64,000 bases of DNA from a virus (Duplodnaviria; Caudoviricetes), in the IMG/VR virus record IMGVR_UViG_3300020264_000005, positions 30,961-94,960 of that record; one strand, written 5' to 3'. Shown here in pieces: positions 36,359 to 47,700 of this stretch. The notes beneath the pieces are model-generated. The model was not told the origin of the DNA. It saw only the letters and a list, made by a program, of their open reading frames with translations, and did not search any database. The translations under genes and the position numbers were made by a program. Position 1 is the first letter of the stretch, and every line of letters starts with the position of its first letter.

Positions 36359-39300
36359 CGTCGCACGTACTGATACCTTTGAACAACAAAGGATCAAAAT
36401 CAATACTATCGCAACACAAATTTTCGCAATCTCTGCTGGTGGGTCTGACCTATCAACAGGTATTCTTAAACTTGGTGATGGTAGTCTAACTACACCTTCA
36501 CTAGCATTCTCCAATGAAGCTGGTCTTGGTTTCTTTAGACCAGCAAACAAGACCTTAGGTATCACATCCTCAGGCAAAAAGTTAGTAAACTTTACTAACG
36601 AGGGACTGATCTCCTTCAAGGATATCATTGTACAAAAGAATATTATTTCAGATCTTGTTACCAGTGATCCTGGTTCTCTCTACGATGCAGGATCTTTCCA
36701 AGATGTACAACTATTAGGTGGTACTGGTGAAAACGCAACTGCAAACATCACCGTTACTGAGTATGTCTTTACTCAAAATTCTAATGGTGCTGGATATGAG
36801 TATGGCAACTACAGTGAAGCAGGTCTAGAAGGTGGCAATGGTAACGACGATGCTACCATTGACTTTGAAGTTAAAGGCATCGAAGCAACTATTACTAACG
36901 CAGGTAGTGGATATCTGCCTGGTACGTACTCTGATGTCCCTGTACAGAACGTAAGTTCTTCTGGTAGCGGTGAGACTGCTACCGTTACTGTAGGTGGTAC
37001 AGTCGATTACGGTGGCAGTATATCGAATGCTGGTACTGGATATGCAACAGAAGTCTATTCTGACCTTGTAGTTGTTGCAGCAAACCCAGCAGCAACCTAT
37101 GTCGTTACTTCTGTAAGTAATCCTGGCACTCCTCCACCAAACAACATCTATCAGTTGAATGGTTCAGACAACCCTGCACTAACTCTAGATAGAGGAAACA
37201 CATACAGATTTGATATTTCTGATTCATCAATGAGTGGTCACCCACTTATTTTTGAAGACACAAATGCTGGTACTCTTGATCCACAATACTTCCAAGTAGT
37301 AGAACCTGCTAGTGGTAACTTCATTGATTTGGTTATCAAAGAAGATGCTCCTTTGGGTGATATTGTTTATGCATGCCAACTTCATCCTGGCATGGGTAAT
37401 ACTATCACTGTACAGAATGGCACAACTGGAATCTATGGTCATGGAATGACCGCTGATGCTGAAGTTGATTCAAATGAAGTAGTAATTTCATTCGAGATCA
37501 AATCCATTGGTTCAGATTACAATACTAATGATCTTGTATCTGCAGATATTCCTAGTGGTAGTGGATTTGAATATCAGTTAGGAACTCCTGTATATCAAGG
37601 TACTGTAGATGCTATCTCATTCAATGATGATGGTACTGGATACAATAAAAATGATACACTAACTGTTAATGATTCAGATCTTGGTAACAAGGGTGGATCT
37701 AATTTCCAATGTAGCGTTTCAACGCAACCAGGCGCTGTTGATAACTTCAGTTTTGTATCTAAAGGTACTGGATATCAAACAGGAGACGTACTAAAACTAC
37801 CAGATGAAACAACTGGTGTCAACTGTGTAGTTAACGGTACGATTGCTCTAGAAATTAACTATACATCTGGAAACGCAACAATCTCTGTCTCTGATTCATC
37901 CAACCTGAGTGTTGGCATGAGCATGAGTGGTTCTGCTGACTTTGAAGGAACTGAAACTATTGTTTCTATTAACAGCGCCACATCTCTTACTATGTCTGCT
38001 GCACCAACTGCAGACGGTACTTCTGTTGTTGACTTCGCAACCATTGACCCTGCTGACCAACTTGAGGTAAGCAGCACTGTTGGTATCTACGCGGGAATGA
38101 TTATTACATTCACCTCTGGTACTGCATCACTAGGAACTGGTACGACTACTGTATCTGAAGTTGACAGAGTAAACAACATCGTTACGATGTCTGAGGACTC
38201 AGGAGAGCCAGGCACCGCAGTTGCATCATTTACTCCAGAATATGGTGCAAATCCACCCACAGATTGGGAGATTGAAGTTGGTGTCCTTGGTGTTATCGAA
38301 GCTGCTACTATCAGTAATCCAGGTAACGGTTACGAATTCCAAGATGTTCTATCTGTAAACCCAGTTTCTCTGGTTGCTCCACAAGTATATACAGTAACTA
38401 ATATCGATACTCAGAAGATCGACTTTAGTTCAACTATTGCTGATGCTGCAATGGTTGTTGGTGATACTCTAACTGATGGTGGTGAGAAGTCAGCAGTAAT
38501 TATCTTCAAGAACAGTATTGGTGGTAACGTTGATTATGTTCTAGTTCGGGAAGGTGAGTTTGCAACAACTGATACTATTACTAACTCAAGAACATCAGTT
38601 GATTATACACCAAACACAATCAAAGATGGTTACAGATATCTAATCGATGATCAACTAGAACCAAGTATTACCATGTACAGTGGTGATACTTATGATTGGG
38701 ATGTATCTAACGATAGTAACGATGGTCACATCTTAGCATTTAGTGCATTCCCAGATGGTCCTTATGGTCCTAGTAGAATCGAAGATGTTGCTGTAACTAC
38801 CGCTCAGTCTTCATTCTCTATTAATGTTCCTAGCACAACTGGTATCCTAGCAGGAATGGAAGTTGTCTTGACAGCAGGTCAAGGTATTGTTGCTGGAACT
38901 AAAGTTGCATCTGTTGATAGTGCAACATCTATCACAATGGACACTGCTGCTCTTATTTCTGGTACTTGTACTTGTACTTTCCGTGGTGTTGAGTACACCA
39001 ACGGTGTTGAAAGACTTAGTGGCATTGTTAGATTCAGACCATCTGCTGATACTCCAAGTCCACTTTACTACTACTGTAAAGCAGTTAGTGCTGGTCACGA
39101 TGATGAGGGTGGAACCGATGGTCATGAAGTAGCAATGACGGTTGACCAGAACAACCCTAGGGTATTTGGTTCTGGTGCAGAATTTATTGTTGCTCAGGTT
39201 CAGCAGGTTGATACTCTGGTTAGTGATGTTGAGACAGGAACTCTTACGTTATCTGATACACAATCAACAGCAGCAACGATTGGAACTCTAAATTACTCAA

Positions 39301-41156
39301 CAGCAGATGGTAGCACTTTAACACTAACCAATCGTGTAAAGACTCCTATCATTGAGGGAACTAGTGACATTGGTGGTATGACCATCGCTAGTTCTTCGAC
39401 AATCTTCCAAGGTGCTATCAATGTTAACGATGTGATTCAGATGAGTCATGTCAGTGGTAACATTGTTTCTTCTGGTGAAATTAAAACTACCACCAGATTC
39501 AGTGTTAACGATAAGATCAGACTTGCAGAAAATGTCATCTCAACAACATCAACTGATGACCTTGAGTTGAGAGCATTTACTGGAAGACTTGTTAAGTGTA
39601 CAAACACCACTGCACTGGTCATTCCTTCAGGTAGTGATGCTGAAAGACCTACGACTTATGCACAAAATGGTGCTATCAGATTCAACACTGATACACAACA
39701 GTACGAGGGATATAGCGAAGATACTTCTACTTGGTCTTCTCTTGGTGGCGTTAGAGACTTGGATGGTAATACCACCATTCTAGCAGAAGAATCCATTGGT
39801 GCAAATGATAACACCCTATGGTTCATCAACGATGGTGATAATTCTGTTAAGTTCACCAAGAACCACCTATCATTTGAAAGTGCTAAGACAATCAGATCTT
39901 CAAACACTGCTGCTCCCAATTATCAGAATTGGGTTGCTAACGTAGCAGTTACTGTTGGACTATACCTCAAGTATGAGAACAACATCTTTGAAGTAATGGT
40001 TGCTGGTACTACTGCTACCAGTGGTAACCCACCACTAGATGATAGTGGTACTCAGTTTGTTAATGGTACTGCAGAACTTAAGTGGACCCATCTTGCAGTT
40101 GGACCACTCGTCTTCAATGAAATTGAGGAGATGAGAATTGGACCTACTGGTAACCTTCCTCTGTCAATCAATGGTGATCTACGACTCGCTGATAACAAAA
40201 TTTCAACAGACATCAATGATCTAGTCATTCAACCTAACTCAGGTAAGAAAGTTGTTATTGATGCTGTCACTTCACTCGCAGTTCCTGTTGGTACTGATAA
40301 TGACAGAGGTGTTTCAGTTCGTGGTTCTGTAAGATTTAATACAGATTCTCTCCAGTTTGAAGGATATGACGGAAATAACTGGGGTTCACTTGGTGGTGTC
40401 AAAGACGTTGACCAGAATACTTACATCATTCCAGAAACTGCACCTGGCGCTAATGAAAATATTCTATACTTCTTCAATGATAACAACAACACTCTGAGAC
40501 TCACTACGACTCATCTTGATTTTGACACAATTGATACAGTAAGATCTGTAACTAGTGATGAGTTTGAACTGACCGCATCTCTTCTTACTATTGATGGTGC
40601 AGCGACTACGTTAGATAACACTTCATCAACCAATACTTTCCTACATTCTGCAAAGCAGTTCTTTGACATTGGTATTTCTGCTGGTCTGACTGTTGACCCA
40701 ATTCTTCGCATGGATAACCAAGGCGATCTTACTTTCAACGTAGGATTTGGTTCTGGTGTATTTAATGGTATCAAACTATACGATAATGAACTGAAGAGCA
40801 CTGAGATGACAGATATCAGAGTAACATCTAAAGATCTGAATCTAGTCAAAGGAACCACAGATAATACGGGAACAAACATCTATGTAACTGCCACTGAACT
40901 TTCAGCAAAAGTTGTCGTTACTGCATTTAATCCAACCGATGGTGCTAAAGAGTTCATTGAGTTTGGAGTTCTTGACGACGGAACTGATGTTATCTTCACT
41001 GAGTATGGCAACATCAGAACAGATGGTGTTTTGATTGTTCCATCCTTCGTATACACCGCAAACAATGAAGTCCGTCTAAATATTGCTGTAGGTAGTGGTG
41101 TGGCAGATACCGAAACTGTCAATATCACGGTAGTTTCACACGTTACTAAGAAATAA
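36345..41156 (+). CDS. large virion structural/fibre protein with cupredoxin-like inserts
   Basis: VARTDTFEQQRIKIN N-terminus; GxGY repeats; GAIRFNTD..EGY modules. Confidence 0.8.
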   Translation: MPAVNVARTDTFEQQRIKINTIATQIFAISAGGSDLSTGILKLGDGSLTTPSLAFSNEAGLGFFRPANKTLGITSSGKKLVNFTNEGLISFKDIIVQKNIISDLVTSDPGSLYDAGSFQDVQLLGGTGENATANITVTEYVFTQNSNGAGYEYGNYSEAGLEGGNGNDDATIDFEVKGIEATITNAGSGYLPGTYSDVPVQNVSSSGSGETATVTVGGTVDYGGSISNAGTGYATEVYSDLVVVAANPAATYVVTSVSNPGTPPPNNIYQLNGSDNPALTLDRGNTYRFDISDSSMSGHPLIFEDTNAGTLDPQYFQVVEPASGNFIDLVIKEDAPLGDIVYACQLHPGMGNTITVQNGTTGIYGHGMTADAEVDSNEVVISFEIKSIGSDYNTNDLVSADIPSGSGFEYQLGTPVYQGTVDAISFNDDGTGYNKNDTLTVNDSDLGNKGGSNFQCSVSTQPGAVDNFSFVSKGTGYQTGDVLKLPDETTGVNCVVNGTIALEINYTSGNATISVSDSSNLSVGMSMSGSADFEGTETIVSINSATSLTMSAAPTADGTSVVDFATIDPADQLEVSSTVGIYAGMIITFTSGTASLGTGTTTVSEVDRVNNIVTMSEDSGEPGTAVASFTPEYGANPPTDWEIEVGVLGVIEAATISNPGNGYEFQDVLSVNPVSLVAPQVYTVTNIDTQKIDFSSTIADAAMVVGDTLTDGGEKSAVIIFKNSIGGNVDYVLVREGEFATTDTITNSRTSVDYTPNTIKDGYRYLIDDQLEPSITMYSGDTYDWDVSNDSNDGHILAFSAFPDGPYGPSRIEDVAVTTAQSSFSINVPSTTGILAGMEVVLTAGQGIVAGTKVASVDSATSITMDTAALISGTCTCTFRGVEYTNGVERLSGIVRFRPSADTPSPLYYYCKAVSAGHDDEGGTDGHEVAMTVDQNNPRVFGSGAEFIVAQVQQVDTLVSDVETGTLTLSDTQSTAATIGTLNYSTADGSTLTLTNRVKTPIIEGTSDIGGMTIASSSTIFQGAINVNDVIQMSHVSGNIVSSGEIKTTTRFSVNDKIRLAENVISTTSTDDLELRAFTGRLVKCTNTTALVIPSGSDAERPTTYAQNGAIRFNTDTQQYEGYSEDTSTWSSLGGVRDLDGNTTILAEESIGANDNTLWFINDGDNSVKFTKNHLSFESAKTIRSSNTAAPNYQNWVANVAVTVGLYLKYENNIFEVMVAGTTATSGNPPLDDSGTQFVNGTAELKWTHLAVGPLVFNEIEEMRIGPTGNLPLSINGDLRLADNKISTDINDLVIQPNSGKKVVIDAVTSLAVPVGTDNDRGVSVRGSVRFNTDSLQFEGYDGNNWGSLGGVKDVDQNTYIIPETAPGANENILYFFNDNNNTLRLTTTHLDFDTIDTVRSVTSDEFELTASLLTIDGAATTLDNTSSTNTFLHSAKQFFDIGISAGLTVDPILRMDNQGDLTFNVGFGSGVFNGIKLYDNELKSTEMTDIRVTSKDLNLVKGTTDNTGTNIYVTATELSAKVVVTAFNPTDGAKEFIEFGVLDDGTDVIFTEYGNIRTDGVLIVPSFVYTANNEVRLNIAVGSGVADTETVNITVVSHVTKK

Positions 41157-41158
41157 AC

Positions 41159-41659
41159 ATGGCATCTATTAAGGAGAAGCTCGACTCAACTGGTGGATTT
41201 TCTATTGATAAAACAGTTGTAGTCGATGAGAATAGAAACGGTAAGGATTTTAACACTCTTGAAATAAGAAATCGTCATTTCTCTGATAGTAAAATCCACA
41301 CGTTTATTCTCAGAGGTACTAATACCGCTGTACTAGCACTTGATGATGTTGGAACTCAAATTACCATTGAACCAAACACTGTAAACTTTATTACTGGAAA
41401 TATCCTTGGGGTAAATCCTCAAGGTGTTGTTTATTCAGCAAAGATTGAATCCACTGTACATGCAAACGCAGGCGGTGTTGTTACATGTTTGTCTTCAATG
41501 ACAACTGTAATTAAAGATGATGTTCCTGCTGGACAAACGTGGTCTATCGCCCCTATTGGATCTCTAAACAGATTTAGCTACTCTACAACCAGAGCGGGTA
41601 CAACTAACAACATTAAGTGGGTTGTATGCACTCAAGTTATTGCTATTGAATGGCAGTAA
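41159..41659 (+). CDS. virion structural protein
   Basis: 166-aa beta-rich ORF in the structural operon. Confidence 0.75.
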   Translation: MASIKEKLDSTGGFSIDKTVVVDENRNGKDFNTLEIRNRHFSDSKIHTFILRGTNTAVLALDDVGTQITIEPNTVNFITGNILGVNPQGVVYSAKIESTVHANAGGVVTCLSSMTTVIKDDVPAGQTWSIAPIGSLNRFSYSTTRAGTTNNIKWVVCTQVIAIEWQ

Positions 41660-41702
41660 GCTAAATAAAACAGAGGAAAAATAGGCGGAGCTAGACAGCA
41701 CC

Positions 41703-44700
41703 ATGAGTTTTAATATCAATTCCGACAAAGAGTTTATCAGGGGTGGCGATCCCAAACTCATCGGTGATAATGAACTTACAATCAGAGGTGGTACTGGATC
41801 ATCTGAGCGCGAAATCTTGCGTACTCAGCTTGACGAGACCACTGGATTACCACGTGTCGGTATTAACCGAACTGGTCAAAGAGTTAACAACATTAGCATC
41901 ACTACGCCAGGTGCTGGTTTCACCACACCACCTAGTGTTATTATTGGACCACCTAACGTAGCAGGTGGCATCCAAGCACTTGCGTCTGCCTTCATCTTTA
42001 ACGGTGAAGTCGTTAACATCGCTATCAATAATCCTGGCTCAGGATATACTGTCGCTCCCTCTGTAACAATTACTAGTGAAAGTGGTGTTGGTGCAACCGC
42101 AGAAGCATTCCTCGATACTGTTGACTTTGAACTTGACATCAACGGTGCTATTAGAACCTCTACGTCTATCATTTCTGACACGGCGAGAATTCTAAACCTC
42201 GACATTGACAACTTCATTACGCCTGACGCCAACTTCAGAGCACCATATCTGAAGAACTTCATGAACAACACTGGTATCCCTTGGGATGGCAATGTTATTA
42301 TTCAGGAAAATTCCTACAGATACTTTGGTGCTAACCTCTATCAGGCACTGAATACTGGTAAGACTGACGCAGACAAAGCTCCTACACACACTGATGGTAT
42401 TGAACTAAACGGAGAAGTTCAGTTCAGACACATCGGTTTCCGCGTTGTTGACGAGAATTCATTCGCTTATAATCAAACTGGCGATGATGGTATCTTCCCT
42501 CGCTCAGTAACTCCTCTACTTGGTGATAGATCAAACAAAATTGCAACTACAGAATACGTTCTGAATCTAGCAACGAATGACGTTGGTGGTCGTATTTACG
42601 TTTCACAGCAGATTGGTAGTGACGAGAACGATGGTCGCTCTGCTGTAAACCCAGTTAGAACAATTAAAAAAGCATGTCAGTTGGCATGGCAGACACCTGG
42701 CGTCAAAGAAACTGTTATTGTTTCTGGTGGTGATTATGTAGAAGATAACCCAATCTCTATCCCACCTGATGCATCCATTGTTGGTGATAACTTGCGTCTG
42801 GTAATTATCAGACCTGCCAACCCTGGCAAACACATCATGAAGTTCGGTGATAAGAACTACATCATTGGTGTTACTTATAGAGATAAAGTTGACTCCATTG
42901 GAGATCCAGTCTCCACGTGGGACTTTGCTATGGTCTTCGACGACAAGCAAAGAATTATTATCGACCAAGACACCAATGGAGACTTTGGTGTTAACTTCCC
43001 AGTTGGTCACCAAATCTTTGGTCCTGATCAGTTCCGTGTTGACTTCCAAGAGAACACTGGTCTCTCATCACTACAAACTGGTCTAGAAGTAGTTGGTGTT
43101 AACACTGGTTCTAGAGCAAAAATTATTGGTGTTAAATTTGACACTGAACTTGGTGCAAGTGCATACACAACTGGTGAACTCGACGTTACCCTGACTAGTG
43201 GTTCTTTCCTAGAGGGTGAGAGTTTCAACTATATTGTTACAGGTTCAGCAGGAACAGATCTTGGACTTACTGTAACTGAAACTGCTGGTGAGAACAAGAT
43301 TAAACTAACGGATAATCCATCTTCGGATATTCCACCAGGTACATATATCTACCTTGATGATACAGATGATATTGACTTCACTCAAGGTTTCTACGAAGTC
43401 AAAGAAATTGATGATGACAATGCTCCTAACTATTGGATCGTAGAAGTTGTACCTATTCTGAATGCTAGTACATGGGATTCAACCAGAACAGCAAATATCG
43501 ATCTTCTGTCAGCAAACATTGTTACAGAAACAGTTGATACTACTTCACTATCTTCAATTAGAGCAGAAGGTGAAGTTGTAAGTGTCGATGAAGATATTGT
43601 ATCACAACTACCTATTCAAAAGATTGATTTCTCTCTACAGGGAGATCCAAGCATTGCAACTGGTGGTTTCCAGAATGAGCAGTTTGGTAATGCAGAAGAT
43701 CTTGGTGGTATTGTAATCTTCACCAACGAACTGGTTGGTAGAGATAACTTCCACGACTTCAAAGAAGGTCAAGAAATTGAGATCTCTGGTCTTCCAACCT
43801 CTGCACCTGACCTATCATTCCTTAATGGTAAGCAAAGAATTTATAAAGTTCTAGAAGATGCTGATGGTCGTGCAAGACGTTTTGTTATTCCTAAGAAGTT
43901 TCCTGCTCTAACACAGGCAGACTTTGATCCTGGTCAAAATGCAACAGTAACTTCTTACTCCAAGTCAGTTACTCTATCACTACTCAACTCACCAAACACC
44001 TTCCCACTATCTACTCCTGTAGAAAGAAGGTTCCAAGATGCTTGTACTTTCTTACGTAACAACAGAGACTTCATTGCTGATGAAGTTGTAGGAAGAATCA
44101 ATGATGAATTTAAGACCACTCATTACTCAGTATATGATATTGGTGGTACTCCAACTGCATCATACACTCCATCTGATGTAGGATATGACCCAGCATCTGG
44201 TCTAGTTACATTCACTGTCAACAATCATGGATTGAATGATGGTGACGGTATCAGAATTGCTGATAATGGTATTGTGTTCACTTGTGCCATGGATGGTTAC
44301 AAGACTGAACACCCTGCACCACAACCACATCATTTCTCCAGTGGTAAGTCACTACCTATTCTGTCATCAACTACTAATACATTCACAGTTAATGTAGGAC
44401 AGACTCAACCAAACCAAACTTTCACTCCTTCTAACGCAGTATATGATCCATCAACTGGTGATTTAACTCTGGAGATTGGCACTCACAGTTTGTCTACTGG
44501 TGAGGGTATTGTATTTGAACCAAATTCACTGAAGTTCACTTGCAACATGGACGGTAACCAATCCGTCAAGTCATATCCACGTCCTGGCATTGACCCATAC
44601 GCTGGAAAGTCAGTACCTCTAACTGGAGTTACTGATACATCGATCACCATGAATGTTGGTGTATCGAGACCTAATCAATATTTCACTCCAACTGATGCAC

Positions 44701-47700
44701 AGTATAATGCTGCTACTGGTGACCTAACCCTTACTGTCGGACAGCATGGTTTGGGAGTTGGTAGAAGCGTTGTTATTAACGACAACTCTCTAACGTTTAC
44801 CTGTGATCAGGACGGCAATGCTACCCAGCATACCTATCCTCGTTCTGGTTCTGACCCATATTCAGGTAAGTCTATTGAGATTACTGCTGTTGGAGCATCA
44901 ACTCACACCCCAACTGATGCTGATTATGACGCATCAACTGGTGTTATTGTATTCACTGTCAACAGTCACGGATTCTCTAATGGTGATTATGTCAAGATTG
45001 ACGATAATGCACTAACTTATACTTGTGATCTAGATGGTGATGCTACTCAGCATACCTATCCTAGAACAAATCACGATATTGCAAGCGGTCGCTGGTTTGA
45101 GATCAATAACAAAACTGCCAACACCTTTGAGATTAATGTTGGTGGTTCTTCTTACACTGGTACTCACACATTCGTAAGTGCTGCTAGCAATTCACTACAG
45201 AGACAAGACGGAACCTTCACTGTCAATGTTGGCGCAGCAGGTTCTGCATCTGGTTCTACTCACACGTTTGTTACCGCTGCATCTGGTGCAGTTAAGCATG
45301 AACCACAGTCACCACACACCTTCGCTGGTGCTGTAACTGGTGCTGTTAAGCACCTACCAAGATCTGCTCACCAGTTCAAGAGAGCAGTCGCTGACTCAAT
45401 TACTGTTGGTGGTTCTGACTTCAAGATCTTCCTCGGAACGACTAGTGATGTACACACTTATGTAAGTGGTGGTACTGTCAAGTTTGGTGGACAAACTTAT
45501 AATATCAGTGCATTTACTTATGATAACGTTGCTTCTGGTACTGCAACTATCACTACCTCTGCTCCAATTCCTGGCTTAGCAGAAGATTCGATGGTCGAAC
45601 TAGATGGTATTCTTCTATCATGTAGTTCAGGACAGAAAGAATATCCAGCATTCAATATCAAGGGTAGTGATGATCAGTGTCGTCAAGACGTTGTTCACTT
45701 CATCAACGCTCTAATTAGAGACCTAGAATTTGGTTCTAACTTCAATATTATTGAAGCAGCTAAGAAGTACATTGTTGGTGCGAAGATTGGATTCGTTGAG
45801 AACGAAATTATCCAAACAGTTCGTGGTATTGAGTATGCTAGACAACTAGCAATTCTCGCAATGAGAAACTGGAGAGAGGATAATGGTACTCCTAGTGATC
45901 CTATCTACACTCCAAAGTATTCTGCACTACCAAGATACTTCGATGACACTGTAATTACATCAACTGCTACCAATGCACAAGGTGTTGCTTGTGATGATGT
46001 AAGATCTGCTATCGATACTCTAGCATACCTTTGGGTAGATGTTCTAGCAAACAATGCATCTGGTACTTACTTGGATGCAGCATACTTGATCGCAAGAAAC
46101 AAGGATGCTATTGCTGATCAGGCACTTGCTGATACCGAAGCAAGATATCCATCATTGAGACTCAGTGATGTCAACCAGAGAAAGTGCCGTAGAGACGTTA
46201 GATTTATTCTTGCTTCTCTAATCAGAGACCTTGTGCTTGGTGGCAACTCTGGTATCATCACCAACGCTGAACTATATTACACGGGTTCTGCACTGACTGG
46301 TGTTGATGCATCTGTACTACCACAGACAAGATATGCATATGAGAGAGTTGAATTCTACGCCAAGGCGGCGATGCGTAACTGGTCTGGTGGTGACGTTATC
46401 CAGACTACTCCATCATTTGCAACATACGATTCAACCAATGGAACTGTAGTTGTTAACTTCCCAGATCCAACTCAGTCAATCACGACGAATGACAGAATTG
46501 CATTCCAAGAGGGTGCTCTAACATTCCAGTGTGACATGGGTTCTGGTGCTGCTAACCATGCAAGCCCAACTGATAACGATAGAAACTATGGTAAGAGTCT
46601 CGCAATTACTAACGTTACATCCAGCAGTGGAGTTACTAGTGTAACATGTAATGTTGGTGATGCAGGAACTGCTGCTGGTGTAGCACATACATTTGTAAGT
46701 GCTCTGACAAATGCAACTCTTATCATCTACAACCCAATTGATATCAGCACCCCAGTTCCTAAGTTTGAGGATTGGAACACCCTAGTTGATGCTAGTGGTT
46801 CTGCTGCTATTGCGGTTCATACCCCAACTGATGCTACTTACGATCCTTCTAATGGTGACTTTACAGTTACTGTTAACAATCATGGATTGTCTACATCAAA
46901 TACAATCCGTATTGCACCAGAATCGTTTGTATTCACCTGTGCAATGGACGGCAATAAGACCGAACATGCTCTACCAGGCATCGGTCAGAATGCATACGGA
47001 AACTCACTACAAATTACTGGAACTACCACAAACACTTACACAGTAAACGTTGGTGCTTCTGGTCCAGGTCGTGGGTGGACTCCATCTGCAGCTGATTATA
47101 ACCCAGCGACTGGTGATCTGACTTTGACCGTTGGCGAAAGTCACACCCTGTCTGTAGGCGAAGGAATTATCATTGAAGATAATTCACTGAACTTCACCTG
47201 CGACATGGATAACAATGACTCTGTTAAGTCATATCCACGTCCTGGCATCGATCCATTTGCAGGAAGATCAATGCCTGTTACGGCAGTGACTGCAGATACG
47301 ATCACTGTTAATGCTGGTATATCGAGACCTAACCAATACTTCACTCCAAGTGCAGTTACCTATGATGCTAACAATGGTGACATGACTGTTACCGTGGGTC
47401 AGCATGGTCTAGGTGTTGGACGCAATGTTGTACTTGAGAATAATTCGTTCACCTTCACCTGTGATCAAGACGGTAACGCAACTCAGCACACCTATCCACG
47501 TCCTGGCAGTGACCCTCAAGCAGGTAAGTCAATCGCTATCACTGCTGTTGGTGCTACTCAGCATACAGTTACAGATGCTGATTATAATGCAGCAACTGGC
47601 AACTTGCAACTAACCGTCTCAAGTCACGGTTTTGCAAATGGCGATTACATTAAGGTTGCAGATGGTTCTCTAACCTTTACATGCGATCTAGATGGCAATA

